A stretch of 64,000 nt of DNA from an uncultured Gammaproteobacteria bacterium. GTDB lineage: Bacteria; Pseudomonadota; Gammaproteobacteria; Chromatiales; Chromatiaceae. The position numbers and the translations under genes were made by a program. The DNA lies in assembly GCA_963698355.1 (NCBI GenBank), contig CAVOQO010000076.1:42420-106419 (forward strand), given 5' to 3'. Under the pieces are notes generated by a model that worked only from the letters and a program-made list of their open reading frames with translations, had not been told where the DNA came from and searched no databases. Positions 40,806-48,472 of the stretch are shown here, one piece after another. The number at the start of each line of letters is the position of its first letter. Positions within the stretch are counted from its first letter, which is position 1.

Positions 40806-41288
40806 TCCTCTACCGCACCATGACGAAGCCGGGATTGCCTGGACGACATCCGAGCACCCGTCGGGGTCGGTAGCCCGCGCCCCCGGCGGAACCGGCTCCG
40901 CCGTTCCACCCTACCCCAGCCCCAAAGCGACACCGGTAGGGCGGATGCCCGCAGGGCGATCCGCCTCCCTGTAACACACCGCGACGATGCCGGGATTGCC
41001 TGGACGACATCCGAGCACCCGTCGGGGTCGGTAGCCCGCGCCCCCGGCGGAACCGGCTCCGCCGTTCCACCCTACCCCAGCCCCAAAGCGACACCGGTAG
41101 GGCGGATGCCCGCAGGGCGATCCGCCTCCTCTACCGCACCATGACGAAGCCGGGATTGCCTGGACGACATCCGAGCACCCGTCGGGACCGCTAGCCCGCG
41201 CCCTCCGGCGGAACCGGCTCCGCCGTTCCACCCTACCCCAGCCCCAAAGCGGACACGGGTAGGGCGGATGCCCGCAGGGCGATCCGCC
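40724..41288. repeat. REP/BIME-like tandem array with 161-bp period
   Basis: REP A at 40724, 40885, 41046 and 41207; REP B at 40776, 40936, 41097 and 41259; conserved ~80-bp linker. Confidence 0.95.
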
Positions 41289-41349
41289 ACCTCAGCCATC
41301 GATCAAAAATGGCAGAACCTCCTGCAGAGCTCCGCCCGGCCCCTCTGCG

Positions 41350-41880
41350 TCAAGCCTCCCCCGCGGGAAGATCAACCAAATCCCTCGCGCCCCAGTCGGC
41401 CGGATACACGCCCGCGCTCACCAAGCGATGAAAGGTGGAGTACGGCCAGTCCCCGGCACGGCTCACGTAACCGTGTTTGACCGGGTTGAAGTGGATGTAG
41501 TCCAGGTGCCGGGCCAAGTCGGCCTCATCGCGGATGGTGTGCTCCCAAAAACGGCGTTGCCAAATTCCCCGCTCCCCGCGGCGAGCCCGCACCCTGGTCC
41601 GCCGCTCCGTCGCCGGGACAGCGCGCACGAAGCGGATCTTGATCGCCCTGATGCGGCTGGAGAAGTCGTCGTCCCCTTCGGGTAGGGTGAGCACGCAATG
41701 CATGTGGTCAGGCAACACGACCCAGGCGTCAATCCGGAACGGCCGCTCCCGCCGCGTGCGCCGCACCGCATTCCGCAGGGCGTCGATCTCGCGAACCAAC
41801 AGGTCCGAGCGCCGGTCCAGCAGATTGATGGTGAAGAAGTAGGTCCCGCCCGGAACCCGAACGCGACGATAGTCTGGCAT
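41350..41880 (-). CDS. rayT: REP-associated tyrosine transposase (RAYT, Y1 HUH)
   Basis: PGGTYFFT, HUH motif PDHMH, IWQRRFWEHTIRDE, catalytic Tyr in DYIHFNPVKHG, WPYS; flanked by REPs. Confidence 0.95.
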   Translation of the reverse strand: MPDYRRVRVPGGTYFFTINLLDRRSDLLVREIDALRNAVRRTRRERPFRIDAWVVLPDHMHCVLTLPEGDDDFSSRIRAIKIRFVRAVPATERRTRVRARRGERGIWQRRFWEHTIRDEADLARHLDYIHFNPVKHGYVSRAGDWPYSTFHRLVSAGVYPADWGARDLVDLPAGEA

Positions 41881-41933
41881 GCCCCCAAATTATCCGAGCC
41901 ACCGCCGCTGCGCGCGACCTACGCCCGTGACCG

Positions 41934-42123
41934 GTAGGGCGGATGCCCGCAGGGCGATCCGCCTCCCTGTAACACACCGCGACGATGCCGGGATTGCCTG
42001 GACGACATCCGAGCACCCGTCGGGACCGCTAGCCTGCGCCCCCGGCGGAACCGGCTCCGCCGTTCCACCCTACCCCAGCCCTCAAAGACACCGGTAGGGC
42101 GGATGCCCGCAGGGCGATCCGCC
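41934..42123. repeat. REP cluster (B 41934, linker, A 42044, B 42094)
   Basis: Same units as the 161-bp array. Confidence 0.93.
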
Positions 42124-42275
42124 ATTCCGCCACAACGCCCCGCAAGACGACCCTCGCGGATCGCGTCCTCGAGCGCCGATCCACAATTCCGTGGCCGCAG
42201 ACCAATCGCGGAAACTCCTGCGGACTCCCGACCTAAACGGTCTCGACTCGGATTCGGCGTCGCCGCGGTAGGCGC

Positions 42276-42503
42276 TCAGGTCGACTGGTCAGTGAAGTCG
42301 AGGCGCCGCTCGATGCGCTCAACTCGGCGGATAACCGCATTGAGCAACTCACGGTCGCTGCCGGATAGAGAATAAAGACCGCCCAAAGTCTGCTCGATGG
42401 CGGACAAGCGCAGCTCAATGCGGTTCAAACGGTCGCCGTGCTCGCCCTGGGTAGTGCGAATGGCTCGAAGGTGCTCGAGAACAAGGCTTTCAACGTCAGT
42501 CAT
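42276..42503 (-). CDS. Small coiled-coil hypothetical protein, copy 2
   Basis: MTDVESLVLEHLRAIR...RRVERIERRLDFTDQST. Confidence 0.8.
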   Translation of the reverse strand: MTDVESLVLEHLRAIRTTQGEHGDRLNRIELRLSAIEQTLGGLYSLSGSDRELLNAVIRRVERIERRLDFTDQST

Positions 42504-42704
42504 CGCTGCTCATGCCCGCGTAAATCCATGAGAAGTCTATCATGCCATCTGCCCCCGCGCGCGTCGCCATGTCGTTCGAGAACGGCAGAACTGACAAGCA
42601 CTTGCAGCCGGGATCTGTAGCGAAGCTGCGTGCGGCCGTTCATGGTCTTGGATCTTGGTGCTCGGTCGGTGGCCACGCCAATCAGTTGCCGATCAAGTTA
42701 GCCC

Positions 42705-42945
42705 ATAGGCGCATGCCCGCAGGGCGATCCGACTCCCTGTAACACACCGCGACGATGCCGGGATATCCTGGACGACATCCGAGCACCCGTCGGGGTCGGT
42801 AGCCCGCGCCCCCCGGCGGAACCGGCTCCGCCGTTCCACCCTACCCCAGACCCAAAGCGACACCGGTAGGGCGGATGCCCGCAGGGCGATCCGCCATGTT
42901 GCGCGCCACCAGGATGGCGGAACCGCCTTCGGAGTTCCACCCTAC
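42705..42945. repeat. REP cluster (degenerate B, linker, A 42815, B 42866, variant A 42916)
   Basis: Same units; 42866-42945 forms a compact GTAG...CTAC REPIN-like doublet. Confidence 0.9.
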
Positions 42946-43068
42946 GCGGGCTCCTGTAGACGCGGCCCTACTCCACACGCGGGTCGCACCAGGCTGCTGC
43001 TGGACAGCCCCTCGGGCATCCTGCAACATGAGAACGTCGACACTCCGCATGAAGGGGGTCCAAACCGA

Positions 43069-43536
43069 ATGACAGCCAAGGCGCATCGACAGGCTCCCGA
43101 GGGGGCACGCCTCTACGACACCGACGTTGTCGCCTGGGCGAACGAACAGGCCCGGCTACTGCGGTCAGGCCGCCTGGACCAGCTCGACATCGAGCACATC
43201 GCCGAGGAGATCGAGGACGTGGGCAAGAGCGAGCAGCGTGAGTTGGCGAGCCGCATGTCCATCTTGCTGGCCCACCTGCTCAAGTGGCAATTCCAGCCGG
43301 AGCGACGGGGCGCGAGTTGGGAGACCACCATCCGGATACAGCGCACCAGCATCGAGCGGCGCCTGCACCGCACGCCAAGCCTCGCGGGGTCACTAAAGGA
43401 CCCCGATTGGTGGGCCGATGCCTGGGACGACGCGCTGGACGCGGCCACACGCGAGACCGGCATCGCCGACCTCCCCCGCACCTGCCCCTGGAGCATGGAT
43501 CAAGTGCTCGATCACGCCTGGCTGCCGAGCGGCTGA
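43069..43536 (+). CDS. DUF29 family protein
   Basis: LYDTDVVAWANEQA, LDIEHIAEEIEDVGKSE, LLAHLLKWQFQP and CPWS. Confidence 0.92.
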   Translation: MTAKAHRQAPEGARLYDTDVVAWANEQARLLRSGRLDQLDIEHIAEEIEDVGKSEQRELASRMSILLAHLLKWQFQPERRGASWETTIRIQRTSIERRLHRTPSLAGSLKDPDWWADAWDDALDAATRETGIADLPRTCPWSMDQVLDHAWLPSG

Positions 43537-43796
43537 CTAGATTTCCCAGGGGCACACCCGAAAGGCACGAGACGTCGGGAGGCGGTCCTAGGGCCACCAC
43601 CAGCAGACACCGCGGAATGTGCGTGCCGGGGCGCTTTCCCGCCTTATCGTGCTTTCCTCTCCCCGCGAGTTCCTGCTCCCCGATTTCCAGCGACCGCGGG
43701 AACAAAAGGAAGGACCTCACCCTCAGGCCTGTTCGACAGGGTCGACGCGCCGATGACTGACCCGGATACCGAAGATCGAGTGCATCAGCCACTTCA

Positions 43797-44247
43797 ATGG
43801 TCACGATGGAAACACTAAGGCGATTGCCGGAGAATCATGTACCAGATGGCGCCGGATTTACGTCCGCCTTCAAGGAGTTCCGGCAGAAGCATAGCCGGGC
43901 TATGTGACTGCCGGTGCGACAAAGAAGGCGGGCGCAAAGACAAGCAAGCTGGTGCATGAATTGACAGAAATCGCCTAAGGGCACGACGCACCGAGATCTT
44001 GCGACTGGCGGAGCGTTGGGGCGCGCGCAACGTCCGCGTCTTCGGCTCCGTGGCCCGCGGGGAGACGCAACGGCAAAGCGATGTCGACTTTCTCGTGGAG
44101 TTTGCGCCGGAGCGCAGCCTCCTCGATCACGGCGGGCTTCTGGCGGACCTCGAAGCGCTCCTCGGCGTCAGCGTCGACGTCGTCAGTGAGGGCGCGCTGC
44201 GCGCGCGCTTCCGAGAGCGGGTGCTCAAGGAAGCGCTACCCCTTTGA
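43797..44247 (+). pseudogene. MNT nucleotidyltransferase antitoxin interrupted near its 5' end by a MITE
   Basis: Removing 43819-43978 restores MVTMETLRARRTEILRLAERWGARNVRVFGSVARGE...SDVDFLVEF...VDVV. Confidence 0.85.
43819..43975. mobile_element. 157-bp MITE copy 1 with TAA target-site duplication
   Basis: Imperfect TIRs GGCGATT...AATCGCC with TAA on both sides; near-identical inverted copy at 44690. Confidence 0.88.
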
Positions 44248-44612
44248 GGCCCGTGCCGATGCGCCTGGACCGAGACTGCCTCCTCGATATCCTCGACGCG
44301 ATAGCCGCCATCGAGCGGCATCAGCCAAAGCAGCAGGCGGACTTCGACGCGGATGAGCTGGTGCGGGTTTGGTGCCTGAGACACGTCCAGATCATCGGAG
44401 AATCCGCTGCCAACCTGTCCCAAGAGGCGCGTGCCTTGGCACCGGATATCCCGTGGGGCCAGATCGTCGGCATGCGCAACGCGCTCGTCCATGCGTACTT
44501 CAATGTCGATTGGCCTGCGGTATGGAATGTCGTCGCGCATGACATTCCACCACTCAAGGCCGGCATCGAACGCCTGCTGAACCAGCTCGATACGGATGAG
44601 GACAGAGACTGA
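44244..44612 (+). CDS. HEPN (DUF86/HepT) ribonuclease toxin
   Basis: IIGESA, IPWGQIVGMRNALVHAY (RX4H motif), VWNVV; overlaps the MNT stop. Confidence 0.9.
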   Translation: MRPVPMRLDRDCLLDILDAIAAIERHQPKQQADFDADELVRVWCLRHVQIIGESAANLSQEARALAPDIPWGQIVGMRNALVHAYFNVDWPAVWNVVAHDIPPLKAGIERLLNQLDTDEDRD

Positions 44613-44689
44613 TTGCTTCCGCAAGGAAGTGGCGCCACGCACTCGCTGCAAGAGTGGTGCATCCCCGGTTTCGCTTCGGCGCCTTATTA

Positions 44690-44846
44690 GGCGATTTCTG
44701 TCAAATCATGCACCAGCTAGCTTGTCTTTGCGCCCGCCTTCTTTGTCGCGCCGGCAGTCACATAGCCCGGCTATGCTCCTGCCGGCACTCCTTGAAGGCG
44801 GACGTAAATCCGGCGCCATCTGGTACATGATTCTCCGGCAATCGCC
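44690..44846. mobile_element. 157-bp MITE copy 2 (inverted) with TTA target-site duplication
   Basis: Reverse complement of 43819-43975 with few substitutions; TTA on both sides. Confidence 0.88.
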
Positions 44847-44849
44847 TTA

Positions 44850-45038
44850 GAGACCGAAAACACCGTCGTTGAGACAGCCGAAGCCATTGGTCATGCGGTG
44901 GATTGGTACGCCCAAGGCGCCGACTTCGCCGATGCGCTGCATCTGGCCGCCTGCGGTTCCGCCGTGATGCAGACGCTCGACCGGGACTTCTGCAAGGCGG
45001 CGAGGGACGCCGGTATCGCCCCTGCGGTCCAGGTGTGA
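44850..45038 (+). pseudogene. C-terminal remnant of a VapC/PIN toxin
   Basis: Reads ETENTVVE...WYAQGADFADALHLAACG...TLDRDF, the PIN DFADALH and TxD motifs; 5' half missing. Confidence 0.7.
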
Positions 45039-45092
45039 GAGGGTTGAAGCGTCGGGGGCGGAATGAACGGTGTTCGTCCCCGATTTTCCCCG

Positions 45093-45272
45093 AAGGGGGT
45101 GGGCGGTTAGCTCCTCCTGGGTCTGTATGTGGCTCGCAACGGCGCGAGTCAGGATACGCGGACGGCCCCTTACTGATTGTTTATAAGTGCGATTTGTCGC
45201 CAAGCGGTCGACGACGTCCCGGCAGCAAACCACAGGATGTTGTGGATGGAGGAGCTAACCGCCCACCCCCTT
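45093..45272. mobile_element. 180-bp MITE-like element with perfect 25-bp TIRs
   Basis: AAGGGGGTGGGCGGTTAGCTCCTCC (45093-45117) and its exact reverse complement (45248-45272), flanked by TCCCCG direct repeats. Confidence 0.8.
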
Positions 45273-45282
45273 TCCCCGATTC

Positions 45283-45312
45283 GTAGGGCGGATGCCCGCA
45301 AGGCGATCCGCC
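45283..45312 (+). repeat. Single REP B
   Basis: GTAGGGCGGATGCCCGCAAGGCGATCCGCC. Confidence 0.9.
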
Positions 45313-45351
45313 ATCGCCACCACAATGGATAAGAGCTACCGGGTCTACCTC

Positions 45352-45609
45352 TCATCGGTAGATTTCACGGCGGTGTCCAACCTTGACGACAAGGACCAAC
45401 AGCCGGTCGTCCTCAACGCGATAAACGACCCGGTAATTCCCACTACGCACCCGGTAAAGCCCCTCCTCACCGGAGAGCTTTACCACGCCCGGCGGTCGCG
45501 GGTCCTCTGCGAGTTGGGCGATCGCTTCTCCCAGCCGCTGCTGCGCAGGCTTGGGCAGCTTATCGAACTGGCGCTTCGCCCCGGCGGCGAAGGCGACTTT
45601 ATAGCCCAA
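45352..45609 (-). CDS. relE: RelE/ParE family toxin
   Basis: DPRPPGVVKLSG, YRVRSGNYRVVY and VLVVKVGHRREIYR. Confidence 0.93.
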   Translation of the reverse strand: MGYKVAFAAGAKRQFDKLPKPAQQRLGEAIAQLAEDPRPPGVVKLSGEEGLYRVRSGNYRVVYRVEDDRLLVLVVKVGHRREIYR

Positions 45610-45805
45610 GTTCGGCCTTCACGGTTTCCCAGGGAATGGTCTCTTCTTCGCCACTTTCGATGCGCGTCAAGACTTCCCGCGCTTCGGCAAGGTCTTCCAG
45701 GTCCTCAATCCTCCCCACCAGGGCCTCATACTCCGCAATGGGCAGCAGGACTGACAGGCGCTTGCCGTCAGGATCGGTAACAAACTGGGGATGCAGACCA
45801 GTCAT
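45599..45805 (-). CDS. Cognate antitoxin of the RelE toxin
   Basis: Small acidic ORF (EDLEDL, IPWETVKAELGL) overlapping the relE start. Confidence 0.85.
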   Translation of the reverse strand: MTGLHPQFVTDPDGKRLSVLLPIAEYEALVGRIEDLEDLAEAREVLTRIESGEEETIPWETVKAELGL

Positions 45806-46000
45806 GGTAATAGGTTTCCAGGCTTTGGTTGCTGCCCGCGCGGGTTACCGGGCAAGCAGGTGGAGCAGTCGCGGATGTAAGGTTATAGCAGCCCTTTGTG
45901 CCAATGGCGCTGAGACAGTGCCCCGGCTGAATTACTGGATCATCGATGGCAATACCGTGGAATCAGGCTCAAGAAGGCGCGGCGCTGTCCGTTCCGAGAA

Positions 46001-46225
46001 TCATACGGCAGATAAGGCTAGCATGCGCGCAAGCCGGTCATATCTCGAATGCTGGTCTGCCATATCTCCGTAGAGGTTGGCGTGATCGCGTCGAAGGCCT
46101 GCAACGGTCGCCTCCAGACTCGCAAGCCGCTGTTTGACCTCGCGGACATCCTCCTTGACGAGGGCAACATCCGCTCGGATGGCACAGACGTGCCTGACAA
46201 TCAAGCTCCCGATCTTCTCCGTCAT
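46001..46225 (-). pseudogene. Small coiled-coil protein, copy 3 (C-terminally divergent)
   Basis: MTEKIGSLIVRHVCAIRADV...RYDRLA; core DNA nearly identical to copy 1, lacks the ERIERRLD tail. Confidence 0.75.
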
Positions 46226-46299
46226 CACGACCATCCGGCAAATCAAGCACAGCGCAGGAGCAACCGGCCATGGCCGCCTCGCGCGAGCCATTGTCGACA

Positions 46300-46703
46300 T
46301 GGTACGCCTTGACCGATGAGGCGCTGGAGGATGCCCCCTACGACAGCCAGGCGTTGCTGCAACTTCGTCGGTATCGACCTGGGACGCGAGTCGGTTCCCG
46401 ACGCCACCACGCTGCTGGGGTTTCGCCACCTGCTGGAAGAGCACGGACTGACCGAGGTGATCTTCGAGACCGTCAACGCCGGGCTGCGCGAGCGCGGGCT
46501 GCTGCTCGCCAAGGGCACCGTGACCGACGCCACCATCCTCGCCGCCCCGTCCTCGACCAAGAACCGCGACAAGGCCCGCGATCAAGAGATGCACCAGACC
46601 CGTAAGGGCCACCAGTGGTACTTCGGGATGAAGGCCCACATCGGCGCGGATGCCGACTCGGGGCTGGTGCACCGCTTGAGCGGCACCGCGGCCAATGTCG
46701 CGC
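46300..46703 (+). mobile_element. IS5 family transposase internal fragment
   Basis: VPDATTLLGFRHLLE, DATILAAPSSTKN and KGHQWYFGMKAHIGAD; frameshifted and truncated at both ends. Confidence 0.9.
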
Positions 46704-47146
46704 GATGTCACAGGGGGACCGGCAGCGTCACATTGCGACGCGATCGCGCGCCCTAGCTTCGGAGCGAGCGCCACCCGGCCCTCAGGCTCGGGAGCGGCAG
46801 GTCTCGATGTGTGATCTCCACCACAATTCTTAAAGTCAAATTGACGTGAGCCGGTTGCAATGGCTCGAAACGTGGCCGACTGAGTGGCGAGGCACCCGGT
46901 TTGTTGTCTTAATTCTGACCTGTCAGAATCCCTGGCCGGACGAGCAGTGGGCGCATTTCGGCTCAACGGCCTGCGACTTCTTGTTGCGATTATGCTACAC
47001 ACGTTGCATTTTTTGAACAATTCGCCTTGCGTGGTCCAGTTTATCCTGCTATGACTTACGCCTGTCGGCCAGTCCTGTCGTTACGTCACTTATACGGTGG
47101 CGCGGACGACCCGACTGCCGGAAGCCGGCGTAGACTGAACATCGGA

Positions 47147-47162
47147 TGGCACATGTGTTGCT
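47147..47162 (+). promoter_or_regulatory. Sigma-54 (-24/-12) promoter upstream of flp
   Basis: TGGCAC-ATGTG-TTGCT, an exact consensus match ~115 bp before the pilin start. Confidence 0.8.
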
Positions 47163-47277
47163 GCAGGGATGGCGGCCGCCGGGGTATCACTCCAGGCCGT
47201 CGAGGCGGCAAGAGTCTTACGCGACGACGCACGCCAATTTGGACAGTGACCTCTCTAACGCTCGATAGGAGATGACA

Positions 47278-47460
47278 ATGAAAAGCTTGTTTCTGAAACT
47301 GTGGAATGACGAGGAAGGCGCCGAGATCGCCGAATGGGTCGTCGTGGTTGCACTGCTCGTGATCGTCGCAATCCTCATCTACAACGGAATCCTGCAAGGG
47401 CCAATTGTCGACCCTTGTCACCAACATCGGCGACCAAGATCACGAACCTCTACGTTAAAG
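47278..47460 (+). CDS. flp: Flp/Pap type IVb pilin 1 (C-terminus apparently frameshifted)
   Basis: AGGAG RBS, MKSLFLKLWNDEEG|AEIAEWVVVVALL; 3' end uncertain. Confidence 0.8.
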
Positions 47461-47619
47461 CGGCAGGATCTGCCAAAGGCCCAGGGAAGCGCTGATGCAA
47501 ATTCAGCAGTCTTCCTGGAGCACTTGGCACTCTTCGCATCCCACGCTGTAGTGCACCGGTTTGAGCTTCCTGTCTTGCTGCGCGTCATCTATTAACCACG
47601 TTAAGTGCTGAGCTGCGTT

Positions 47620-47800
47620 GGATGGTCTGCGACTCTCCGCAAGGCTCTGGCGGGACCGACAGTGGTGCAGACATTGGTAGAGTGGACGGTCATTGTATCG
47701 CTACTAGTCGTCGTTGGCATTTTGATCTACAACAATGTATCTGACTCACGCAATTGGGTCTGCCGTAAACTCAATTGCCCCCAAAGTACAGCAGTCTGAG
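47620..47800 (+). pseudogene. Second Flp pilin copy with indels
   Basis: VEWTVIVSLLVVVGILIYN parallels pilin 1; a leader like LRKLWRDDSG can be rebuilt only by removing single bases. Confidence 0.6.
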
Positions 47801-47875
47801 TTAACGGCGACCCGACTCAGCTTTTCGAACTGTGCTTCGCGTTCTGCGTACTTGGAGATCTCACTCCATCACCAA

Positions 47876-48409
47876 ATGTTTTCCGCTTCAGTCGCTCACC
47901 CTCGTCCGTTTTTGCCGTCGTCGCGGCCGTTTCCGATTTGCGGACACGCCGGATACCGAACGAATTGCTCGTTGCGGCGTTCGCGGTCGCGGTTCTCTGG
48001 GAACAGTTGGCAGAGGGTTGGAGCGGACTTGGCTACAGCCTTGCTGGTTTTGGGATAGGGCTCACGCTCATGTTGCCCGGATGGCTCTTAAAGTTTACCG
48101 GCGGCGGGGACGTGAAGCTTACTCGCAGCCATGGGCGCCTTTCTTGGTCCCAGACTCGATCCTTGTACGCGTTCGCGCTGTCCGTCATGGCGGGCGCCCT
48201 GCTCGGGATCGCGCACAGCGTCTACCACTGGGCAAGACATGGGGCAGATTCTCCCGTCGCACGCTACGGGGCGATGCTGACCGAGCTCATGGCCACCGGT
48301 CGGCCGAGGTACATCCGCCCGAGTGAGCACAGAGGCACTTGGTCATCGTTTTCCCCTGGCGCCGGCTATCGCGGCGGGGAGCATCACCGCAGCGCTTTGG
48401 TTCTCCTGA
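47876..48409 (+). CDS. cpaA: Prepilin peptidase TadV/CpaA (A24), frameshifted
   Basis: DLRTRRIPN, GGGDVKL and RFPLAPAIAAG spread over different frames. Confidence 0.8.
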
Positions 48410-48472
48410 GGACGAGCACGATCGCCGAAGTCATCGCTTCATCATCGGGAGCACTCGTCGGAGCAACACGGG

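Noticed and set aside
40724-42945. CRISPR array
   Set aside because: The sequences between repeats are themselves repeated, the repeats are GTAG-type REP palindromes next to a RAYT, and no cas genes are present.
43815-44850. Paired small ORFs ending GRKSGAIWYMILRQSP
   Set aside because: They are translations of the two MITE copies, not genes.
39116-46225. Classical integron cassette array
   Set aside because: No IntI, no recognisable attC (RYYYAAC...GTTRRRY) sites, and cargo genes lie in both orientations.
46001-47020. 339-aa minus-strand ORF
   Set aside because: Composite of the antisense IS5 fragment and coiled-coil copy 3; only the last ~74 codons look like a real gene.
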